Source of the DNA: Octopus sinensis
Lineage: Eukaryota
DNA: 64,000 nucleotides
Direction of reading: 5' to 3'
Assembly (NCBI RefSeq): GCF_006345805.1
Contig: NC_043002.1
Location: forward strand, 99,262,001 to 99,326,000
Below, piece after piece: positions 53,353 to 64,000 of the stretch. The notes beneath the pieces were generated by a model. The model was given only the letters and a program-made list of their open reading frames with translations, searched no databases and was not told the origin of the DNA. Positions within the stretch are counted from its first letter, which is position 1, and each line of letters begins with the position of its first letter. The position numbers were made by a program, and so were the translations under genes.

Positions 53353-54660
53353 CTGTGGGATGATATTCAGTCAATATATGACATACCCAAAGTCATAATT
53401 CTTCAATATATACATACCACAATGACTGAAATATGCTATAGTATATTTAAGGTATGCACTTAATTACTATATTTTAGACGTTCTTTGAATTCATTTTGAG
53501 ATTAATAACTTGATTGTTTCTAACGAATGTTATAAAAAAAAAACCTTCGTAATATTGAATATATATGTTGACCTCTTCTTCGCCAAAATTCCTCCAGATT
53601 TATATTTGTCATTTCAATCCCTCAAATCACACAATTATTCTTTGTAAAACAGTAAGGGCGCATTGGGCTAGTGTTCTTAGATGGATCATTATTGAAAAAA
53701 TAAAAAGAAAAAACGATGGTGCATTCATGCCGTCAATGCCACTGAAAAGATATATTGACGATAAATGTTGACACCTACCAATTCCCATATTTCCGAACAG
53801 GAGAACTTCTACACGTTTATTTGGCCTCATAAAAAGGAAGCCAAAATACCTCTAAGATATATATTTGCATTAAAAAAAGGAAGATCACATTAGATACATT
53901 ATCTGAAATTAAAATGGAATGATCATGACTGAGAACATTGGTTATAGCTCTATTTTAATTATATACTTGGAGTATACAAAAAAAACCTATAACAACAACC
54001 TCTGCAACAAAATAATTAATGCATATGCAATGTTGGAAAACACTGCTATTCCGTAAATATATATTTCTTCTCCGAACTATAAACCAAATGCACCGATTGC
54101 TTCATAACCTCTTATATTTTCAACGTCATCGGATAGCCTATGCATGTTATGTAATATCCTACGATTGTTTCAATGCAACACTAAACAAGCGTATTAGGGT
54201 TCAAGTTTATATTGCATCCTTGAACGCCAAAAGGGCAAAATCCCTTCTTTTGTCAAGGTAACTATGTCGCACAACAGTTAATCAGTGTAGGGGAAATCTA
54301 AGAGTTTCTACAAATCTTCAATATACCGAATACTGTATCACAAACTTTGGTTTTCATCTTGAGAAAAACAAAATACTTCACCTCCTAACAACTGTTCTGT
54401 GCGTGCAAAGATCAGGCAAGACTTAAATGAAGAACAACTTCCGCATCTGAAACGGTGCCGATGTTACACATTTATGCATACATGCAAATAGCCTATAAAA
54501 AAAGGTCACTCGGATGATTAGCATAAAATCGCACACCAATACATTTAAGCCTTTTGACCACTGATTTGCTCTTTTTTTCACTGATTTTCCAGCGCCATTC
54601 AGCCTATCTTCTGTTCCTCAGAACTGACTCGTGTCATTCCTCTCCTATTCCAGCACTTAC

Positions 54661-54784
54661 TATCCACTTTGTCTCCTTGCTTTGTGCGTAGTGTGCCTTT
54701 ATTCCAAGTTCCGTACTAAAACCTTTGCGATTTCTTCCTCGCCAGGACCCGTGTAGTTCACTTTGTCTCCATGTTTTCTTGCAG
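54661..54784 (-). CDS. Putative host exon (124 nt; CKKTWRQSELHGSWRG...ETKWI)
   Basis: Acceptor ttcttcttcaacAG, donor GTAAGT; open in the phase required by the upstream exon. Confidence 0.4.
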
Positions 54785-56911
54785 CTGTTGAAGAAGAATG
54801 TTAACCCGTCTACTCAACAGTCGTAGACGACGTACGAAAGCTACTAGTAAAATCCCTAACTTCAGGCCATTACACAATTTCTGTAAAATGAACTTGATTT
54901 TACATACATATCGAAGCAACTAAGTAATTAGTGTCTTGCTTAATTTGATACGAAATCTCTCTTTCATCTCCTGAGGAATGACATGCTAACAGAATGACAG
55001 ACGCCATATCAAGTATGAAGTACAACTGGAATTATGTTCTTTGAATAGATTTGCTCCTGCTTATCTACTGACCTATAATCAAGGGTATTGCGTCTATGAC
55101 AATTTCATCTTTGAAAGTAGAGTGTACGTAGGACATTATCTAATTCATCGTTTGCTTGCTCAAAATGAAAGAATAGTTTATGGTGGTGATCTGATTATCT
55201 TTTACATTAGAGTCTTTGCCGTAGGTAAGTGTGTTTAATAATACAATTCAACGTATCTGATGTGATATGTCGCACGGCAATAATTCACATCTGTTAGAGT
55301 AAAGATTACTATGCTATTGCCTCACGGATGATGTTCGTATTGTATTATATAAAAGCTGTTGTATCTTTATTGATTTATCTTCAGAATATCTTACATTGGA
55401 ATATTTTGAGCGACATCATGAGTACAATCTTCGAGTGTCTTTCGATTTCCGTTCTCAAAAAAACATATAGTTTTAGTCTAATATTTTGTTTATAATATCG
55501 TTTGTATCTCAAATTGCTCCAAGTACTTGAGGGGTACCATTTATCATCAATCTTTGACGGGGGAAGCTAAAAAATAACATTAATATTTCTTATGATTGTG
55601 TTGAAATTGGCAGAGAACAGAACTGTTACATTTTGTCTTCAACTCTAGCAGTTCTGCCGATCAAATTCTATAATGAATTAAAATATGAAGTTCGCAGCAA
55701 GATAATTTAGCCACTGATTTTGCTTCATCGAAATAATTTCATTATATAGTCAAAAGAAAAAATTAATGATTAATACTTGAATAATTTGACGGATTAAAAT
55801 CTCATATTTAACGTTTCATATGTTTGTTTCGGTAAAAATGAATATTCATCCATGGAATTTTTATGAAGAACGGAATATTTTGATTTGTATAAATGAGTAC
55901 GCGTGAATGAAATAAGGTGTCTTGTGATATATATATTACACGCTTTAGAAATATGATTGTGTTGAAATTTTCAACTGTATATATAAATTATTTGTAACTG
56001 ATGAACGTAGTTTTAAATTCTGTCTAAGGTTTCCTATGCATTTTCTTGAAAGTGTTTATTCTACACACATCCTGTGTTACGGAACTGACAATATTAGATA
56101 TCTGGCCTGTCGATACAGCCCAGGTGATTAATGTTATGAATTCAAAGATAATCATTATCCTTTTTTTCTATTTTATGCCAATATGTTTACCTTACGGATT
56201 GTGAGAGCACATAAGTTAATATGACATTTGGTCGATTGTTACTTCTCATCGAATGATCTTACATATGACCAATATGTTAGAACTCAGTTCCGTACTACCT
56301 TTAAAATCTCACCTAGTAAACAGTCTACACTATGTGTGTTAAATATCGATCTGATTAATACGATATCAGATGAGCAGGGAAAGCTAAAAACACAACAAAA
56401 ATATCAGGTTCTCTGAATATCATACTCGCAAATTAAATTGATTTTCCATCCTTGAACACAGCACCATGTTTACGAATATATTGCGGAATCCTATCAAAAG
56501 ATAAACCTACTGCGATTGTATATAAAAATATCAGTTTGAAGTAAGAGTAAATAAAAATTGGTTGTTTTAGATAGGTTTAAATATTTTAAGAGAATAAACA
56601 TCTTAAAATCAATATAGCAGTAATATGAAGGCGCAGTATATTACTTCTTGAATACTTATTTCTTTTGATGTAAGAACATCAGGAATTCCAAATTAATTAA
56701 TGGATGCGAGTTCAGGTAGAAATAGTAATTTATGATAGATTTGCGAAGCAATGATTTTGTACATGCATGTTTTACGCTAAAATAACATTAAAACCATCTT
56801 CACAGACAAAACAGATGCACTGCAGATTGGAGGCTACATGTTCATAAAAATATTTATAAATCAAAACTAAATTCAAGATGAAATTATGTATATATATATT
56901 CTTCTATTATT

Positions 56912-57107
56912 TTAGTTGCTTCAGTCATGGGATTGCGACCATGATGCAGCACTGCCTTTAGACAAACAAATGGATCCCAGAACTTATTCTTTGTAAGTCT
57001 AGTATATATTCAATCGGACTCTTTTGCTGGACCTCTAGGTTTTGGAGATATAAACACAACATCGGTTGTCAAGCGATGGCGGGGATGACAAACACAGACA
57101 CGATAAT

Positions 57108-57110
<3 letters not shown>
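56912..57110 (-). mobile_element. Family O SINE 3' module, degenerate
   Basis: gcttcagtcatgggattgcgaccatgatgcagcactgcc...atcggttgtcaagcgatg. Confidence 0.7.
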
Positions 57111-57150
<40 letters not shown>

Positions 57151-57312
57151 CATATATATATACATATACATATATATATATATACATATATATATGTGTG
57201 TGTGTGTGTATGTTTGTGTGTGCGTGTGTGTGATGCTGTGGATATTAAATAATTTGATAGAACTCAATACAATGTTCTATATAATAATAATAATAATAAT
57301 AATACATAATAA

Positions 57313-57615
57313 TTTATTGTCTTTGCACAGTTTCTAACGCTGGAGATATATAACGGTGTCACCTGTTCACTACCAGTGAACTAATGTGTAACACCCCTTA
57401 GTTTTCGTTCGGTTCCGTGTAGTGCTGTTTTCTGCAAGTGCTCCACTATTATTGCAGCCCTTATTTGTTCAATATACTTCTCAAGAATTTTACTCACTGT
57501 TCCTAAGGCGCCGATAACTATTGGTATTACTTCTGCCTTTTTCAGCGATCACAACTGCTTAACCTCCGAAGCTAACCTGTTATAACTTTCGAATTTTCTT
57601 TCCTCCTTATTGCAT
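57313..57615 (-). mobile_element. 5'-truncated R4/Dong-like LINE, family C (RLE C-terminus + 3' UTR)
   Basis: 57381-57614 minus: CNKEERKFESYNRLASEVKQL*SLKKAEVIPIVIGALGTVSK...LQKTALHGTERKLRGV. Confidence 0.85.
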
Positions 57616-57630
57616 ATTATTATTATTATT

Positions 57631-58175
57631 GAGTGAGAGAGCAGTGCATGCCATCAAAATGAAAGCCGGGTAAAATATACGAAGTCCAGTATAACTACCA
57701 GTCTAATAAGGGTACACCAGGCACATGCATCACAACTATATGTGCACGACATGGTGATCTCATATCGAGATCAAGAGCGCATCACCTTGCAGGCGGGACC
57801 CAGTTAGAATTTTCTTCAGGTCGTGTAGCCCAACCAGTTCAAAAGTTCCCTGAATAAATGATGTTTAAGGATGTTGAACGAACCACCCATGTTCCCAAAT
57901 GTGAATTATCCAAACCCCAAAGAAATCCTTCCAACACAAGTCTATGATGTTCCCCCAATACTTCTGCTCATGATCAGAGATGCATATACCGCAAGCCACT
58001 CAGGGACCTGTTCAACAGGTTACGGTCAAACAACCGATAAGCAAATCTGTGGTATTGAACAGCATACTTGCTGTAGCCCATCTTTTATACCAAGACAAAC
58101 CAATGTACATGATAACACTTCCAATCATTTTAGATGGGAAGCCATGAGAGCCACTGCCTGTTGCTGCATGAAGGC

Positions 58176-58177
<2 letters not shown>
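57631..58177 (-). mobile_element. 547-bp non-coding interspersed element flanked by (ATT)n on both sides
   Basis: Sharp microsatellite boundaries, higher GC, no tRNA head or coding motif seen; strand inferred from the TAA orientation. Confidence 0.55.
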
Positions 58178-58210
<33 letters not shown>

Positions 58211-58259
58211 TATTATTATTATTATTATTATTATCATCATCATCATCATCATCGTCATC

Positions 58260-58476
58260 ATTTCTACTCCAGACACAAAGCCTTGAAATTTTTTTTGTGG
58301 AGAGGAAGCTTGTCGATTACATCGACCTCGTTGCGAACTGGTACTTATTTCATCGACCCGAAAGGATGAAAGCCAAAGTTGACCTCGGCGGGATTTGAAC
58401 TCAGAACGTAGCGGCAAACGAAATACCGCTAAGCAATTCTCCCCGCATGCAACTGATTCTAGATGCTCGCCGCCTT
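58260..58476 (-). mobile_element. Family M SINE, near full length (further fragment at 58569-58650)
   Basis: gtcgattacatcgacc...cccgaaaggatgaaagccaaagttgacctcggcgggatttgaactc. Confidence 0.85.
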
Positions 58477-58496
58477 AATAGTAGTAGTATTAGTAT

Positions 58497-58569
<73 letters not shown>

Positions 58570-59489
58570 TTCTACTATAGGCAAAAGGCTTGCCATTTTG
58601 GTTGAGGGGAGTAGTCAATTATGTCGATCCCAATATTTGACTGCTACTTCAATGGTGATTATTTTAATGAGCCTGATATCGTGATTGGCAAAGATGACCG
58701 TACAATTTCTACTCAAAACCTAAAGCTAGAAGAAAAGTCTCGTCTAACTATGGTCTCAAATTAGTCGCCCGATTAGCATGAAATATCAACTATTTCTTTC
58801 TCAAATCATCCTAGTTGACAGAAAATTTAAAATGACACACTGAATAATATAATTAAGAATATATTATTGAGTGTGACATTAATGTGGACTGTCGCATCTA
58901 AAATGCTTTCATAGTAAGTTGTCTTGATCGGAGTTGGCATGGAACTACATATGAACAACAGAAGAAATAAGTATCTATCATCCTGATACTATTTGTGTAG
59001 AGCAACTGATAACATTTTAGTATCCCATATTTAAGACAAGTAATGTAAAGTACAGTTTATTTCCATTTCCAAAGCATTTAATTTAGCTCCTAATTAAAAC
59101 TATTACATTTATTCTCTTTTTCATTAAAACAGTGTATTTTGTTTTAAAGGAATTTGTCACAATATCAACATTACTAGATTTGTTAAGTTTCAAATCTCAC
59201 CTGAAAATCCTATAGCTATGCTTAGCCCCTTAGTAAAATGCTATTTTATATAAATCATACAAGAATGGGCTATAACAATTACCAGGAGGATTTAAATTTT
59301 TTTTAATCCAATCAGTTCCATCTAATTTGTAATTCATAAATAATACCCTATACCGAAATTTCCGGTTTAGAGAAGTCGATTTGAGTTCTGATTGAATTAT
59401 ATTGAATTTAGATTTTGAGTTGTAGCTATTACTTTTATTGTTTTTTGTATTAAATAATATGGGATGAGAGCATGAAAGAATAAACCTAC

Positions 59490-59603
59490 ACACATCTCTT
59501 GAAAAACAAACGGGTGCAATGTATTTCTAAACTGCTCATGCACAGAAATAATATACATAGCGCAGACAATCTTCGCTTCAGCATGTTCTTTCTGAGTACA
59601 GTT
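59490..59603 (-). CDS. Putative host exon (114 nt) encoding a signal-peptide-like MLKRRLSALCILFLCMSSLEIHC
   Basis: Acceptor tgttattgcAG, donor GTAGGT; basic n-region followed by a hydrophobic h-region. Confidence 0.45.
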
Positions 59604-61070
59604 CTGCAATAACAATCAGGGATGATGCTGATGCTGCTTCCCTGCATGCAGGCATCCCGAACCATGTTCAATAAACGTTCACTCGAATGATTGGCATAAA
59701 GTTACCATGGAGAGATCCAGCTTCAAACACAAAGGCGTGGGCTTCCGATTTCGCTATCTAAATGCAGTGCTCCAGCACGACCGCAGTCAAATGATTAAAA
59801 CAAATAAAAGAGAAAGAATATGTCCTGCAAAGATCTAAAATTTAATTTTGATATATCAAAATTTATATAGTAGCTTCTCTAAATCTATAACTAATAACTT
59901 GCAAAATATCTTTTACAAACTAACATTTATCAGCATCATCATATTGTTGAAACTTAAATACGTTTTGCTCGAAATTGAATGAGCTAAATTCAAATATATT
60001 CAATGGAATCGTTTGTAGTAGTACTTTTTAAATCCTTCCTTGTCTTTTGAAATTGTGGAAAGTATATCTCCTACTAAAAGCTTTGATAATGTACAATGAT
60101 ATCTTACACTATAATTGAAATGATATTTGTGAGATATATAATAATGTATAAAGAGCTAGTTGCTAAAAAGTGGAATCCTATTGCAGTATATTATCTGAAT
60201 CAAATGCAGAATTATAAACAATGTGCAGTCTTTCAGTTTGCAGTTCAGTATAGTTACTTATATAATATTCTGCACTTAGTCATTACGCAAGAGAGATATT
60301 TTCCCTTCAGGGAAAAATCTGAAGCATAACGAATAACAGCGTATTTTATAATATATACAATGTATTATTGAGATGTAAATCCAGACCCATCCGGTTGCTA
60401 TGGAGAAGCTAAATAATGTAATATATATATATATATATATATATAAAGAAAAGATGAACAATATGTAAATGTTATATGAATACAATACCTGGAAACTGCA
60501 AACATGTTCAACATAATTGATAAGTGGATCTAAGAAAACGTAAAGCATTGGAATCAGTAGTATATTATCATGCGCATGATGAACAGTGAGGAGCAAAGCG
60601 ATGACATGCATATTCCTTATCAATATCTTCCCGCATAGTGGAACGTGAATATGCTAATTCTCTCTTCTATTTCGTTATTAGAGAATAGCGTATCATTTCG
60701 GATGGCGAGTGAATGTGTGTTTGTAACCACTCAATACATTGAGATAAGGGGACTTTGAATGTAGCGGGTTCCTGGTGAGGGTAGAGGGATGGTGAACAAT
60801 TAGAAGTGTTCAGGACAGAGTAGAGGGAGAAAGCGATAGGGTGGACATATTAAGTGACTTTAATGATCTCAACTGGCTACCTGAATAAAACACTGCGCTG
60901 TCAAAACTATTCATGCGCAGTCAAAAACTATTCTGGTGCAATGGATCTAACGGAAGTTATTTTCTGAAGTCTGTAATCAAAGAGCCTTATTTGATTAATT
61001 GGTGTAGGGTAGCCTGGATTGAAGAGACACACAAAGAGAACGAAGCATCGCTGTCTCATAGACCTCTTAC

Positions 61071-61106
61071 CTTGATGAACCGAGCATGTTACGAATACAC
61101 ATCCCT
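61071..61106 (-). other. Putative 36-nt host exon (5' UTR or N-terminal)
   Basis: Acceptor ttctcctttcAG, donor AAG|GTAAGA; one frame stays open into the 59490-59603 exon. Confidence 0.4.
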
Positions 61107-61736
61107 CTGAAAGGAGAATATTTTCTAGTGAGGAAACACAGCACAGATGAGCATATTTAGGCTCGAATCTGCTGGAATACATTAAGAATAAACATGTGTC
61201 ATCGTTTCGTTTGATGTTGTACATTATTTGTTTAGCAAGATGATATTTAAACGTAACATACACTCAAATATATAAAAACCAGTTTATAATAAATTCTTAT
61301 GTTCATTGCTTAATAATATTATTGTAATAGAATGAATAATGATCGAGACAAAAGGACATAATTGCTTAAAATAAAACATTATGGAATCTTGTTTCATCCT
61401 TCGTCTTATAAGAAGTGATAAGTTTTGAATTTATTTATAACAACACATTACAACAATTACGACAATTGATTTTGTTTATAACAGCTGACTTACACAGAAC
61501 TAAGGGCAATATAAAAGTATGACCCAGCAGATGATACAATGTTTTGAAAAGTTGTCATAGTAAGTATCAATGAATTGCGAGTTTGCTGGAAAATTATAAA
61601 ATTATATATATATATATATATATACATACAAACGTTCGGATTGGCGATTTTTTTTTCCTCCGTCTTCCTTTTCCTTTGGACTTCCCCCTCTCCTTTTATG
61701 TTTTTGAAGAAGAGATCTGTTCGGAACGGAAAACAA

Positions 61737-61806
<70 letters not shown>

Positions 61807-62171
61807 CATACATACATAATACCATACATACATATAGAGATTGATAATAGGAATAAAGAGATGACGTCGGGAAAATGATAAAGGTTATTTTATGAACTGT
61901 ATTAGCTTACGGCTCTTTCTGCTGTATGATGTGGTGGACCGTTAGTTGAGCAAGTAGGTAACATCCTATAGATTCATAAGATCTTTAAATAGAAAGTGTA
62001 CAGTGTTTGGGAGAGAGAGAGAGAGAGAGAGAGAGATATATAGAGAGAAAGACATTGGGAGGGAGAGAGAGAAAGAGAGAGAGAGACTGAAAAGTAGCAT
62101 TAAAGATATAAAATACAAAACGTTCACACATTAGAAAAGTAGAAATTTCATAATTTAAAGCTGAACATTGT

Positions 62172-62256
<85 letters not shown>

Positions 62257-62327
62257 CTATAAGGCTATATTAAGTCTCTGAGCGACGTATAAAGAGTAGT
62301 CATACGGAATCGTAACATGTAATTGCC

Positions 62328-62506
62328 AACCAAGAGTGGCGCCCTATACCAGACAGTGCTACTCTCGTTTATAGCGCTGGGAAGACATCTATTCCAGCTG
62401 GCTAACGACACACATTCTGCGTCAAATTAGTATTTGCGAGGGGAGGTCATCGCTCCAATCTCTAGGCTTACGAGATACACACGGACTCAAGTTTCTGGGT
62501 GGTTAC
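62328..62506 (+). repeat. Unclassified interspersed repeat; inverted homolog at 63673-63849
   Basis: Manual alignment to the reverse complement of 63673-63849, roughly three-quarters identical by eye. Confidence 0.8.
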
Positions 62507-62733
62507 CCAATCCTCAGCGCGTGATGAAAACTCATTCCACTCTCAACACATTATAACCTTTTTTCCACTGACAAATTTCCGCTGTGCCTATGGTGGGTAT
62601 TTGTCTTCCACCACTACGTAATACCGGTGAAGTAAATACTAGGCTAAAAAAAGGCTGAGGGCAATTCATTTCATTAAAACAATTCAGTGCTGCAGTCCAC
62701 TAAAACAACTAAAATATATAATACATGTAAGAG

Positions 62734-63119
62734 GGGGAAGCACTCCGTCGCTTACGACGATGAGGGTTCCGGTTGATCAGAATCAACGGAACAGCCTGCT
62801 CGTGAAATTAACGTGTAAGTGGCTAAGCACTCCACAGACATGTGTACCCTTAACGTAGTTCTCGGGGATATTCAGCTTGACACAGAGAGTGACAAGGCCG
62901 GCCCCTTGAAATACAGGTACAACAGAAACAGGAAGTAAGAATGAGAGAAAGTTGTGGTGAAAGAGTACAGCAGGGATCACCACCATCCCTGCCGGAGCCT
63001 CGTGGAGCTTTTAGGTGTTTTCGCTCAATAAACACTCACAACGCCCGGTCTAGGAATCGAAACCACGATCCTATGACCGCGAGTCCGCTGCCCTAACCAC
63101 TGGGCCATTGCGCCTCCAC
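62734..63119 (-). mobile_element. Full-length family N SINE with about 25-bp TSD
   Basis: ctaaaatatata(ta)atacatgtaagag at 62709-62733 and 63120-63146. Confidence 0.92.
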
Positions 63120-63672
63120 CTAAAATATATATAATACATGTAAGAGTTATATAAATGAATACGGCGTTAACATGTATACATAGATACATTAGTGTTTTCA
63201 TAAACAGTGATATGTACGTAATTATTTACATATGTGTGTAGGTATATAGGAATGTGAGTAACGATCAAATCATACGTGCTCGTCTTGTGCTGTATGTCAT
63301 TACTATAGTTTAAAACTATTTTCACATTAACATATTGACTGCAAAAACTCAAATTTTATCCTTTATATTTTTTACGTAAACTAAGCAAATAATTGGCACA
63401 CATCTAAATATAATATATCTTTTAATAAAATAAAAGAAAGCTAAAACTACTGTAGGAATACTTGGACAAAGAAATAAATACAAAGCAAAACTCTGGAGCA
63501 ATTTAGTTTCTAAGTATCCCGAAAAAAAAACATATCTAGTGTTTTCAATTACCATTGCCGGACATGTTAGAAAAATCTTAATACAATAGCATATATTGAA
63601 ATAAAGTAGATATATGAATAGGGCAAAATACTTCGTGGTTACTTGTCGTCAGCATGTGTGATTTGCAAGCTA

Positions 63673-63849
63673 GTAACCACCTAGAAACTCGAGACCGTGT
63701 GTATTACGTGAGGCGAGAGATGGGAACGATGACCTCACCTCGTAAATACTATCGAACACAGAATGTGTATCATTAGCCACTGGGAGAGATGTCTTTCTGG
63801 GGCTATAAACGTCAGTAGCCCTGTCCGGTACAGGACGCCACACTTGGTT
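63673..63849 (-). repeat. Unclassified interspersed repeat, inverted copy
   Basis: See 62328-62506. Confidence 0.8.
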
Positions 63850-63882
63850 ACGTTATACACACACACACACACACACACACAT

Positions 63883-63917
<35 letters not shown>

Positions 63918-64000
63918 ATATCTTTGGATGGAAGGCGGAAACTTGGGTGTTATTAGATTCGGTGGTACCTTGAATGATATAGGTTCAAATCTCACTTCCT

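Noticed and set aside
57871-58398. 175-aa plus-strand ORF
   Set aside because: It runs through a non-coding repeat, (ATT)n/(CAT)n tracts and a SINE, and has no recognisable domain.

Overview
AT-rich, microsatellite-saturated metazoan DNA. The SINE families look like those of octopus (inference from recalled families, not a database match). There is no intact long protein-coding ORF; nearly all ORF-track entries are microsatellite translations. The window holds decayed mobile elements: a mariner with both TIRs (40623-41942), a pogo/Tigger-like remnant, a Penelope-like retroelement with RT and GIY-YIG domains (about 34.3-38.0 kb), several (TAA)n-associated R4/Dong-like LINE remnants, a non-autonomous Helitron and many tRNA-derived SINEs. 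There is also a tentative chain of small minus-strand host exons at 53-61 kb. The standout is a 3.4-kb array (about 41956-45360) of 7.2 near-identical 473-bp units inside a (TA)n tract. Each full unit carries a minus-strand type I hammerhead ribozyme motif (CUGAUGA...GAAA, palindromic stem III ACGUUGCAACGU, GUC site), making it a candidate retrozyme / circular-RNA-producing element. It lies about 4 kb from a Penelope-like element whose own hammerhead has the same architecture, and further hammerhead motifs, some with covarying stems, are scattered through the window.
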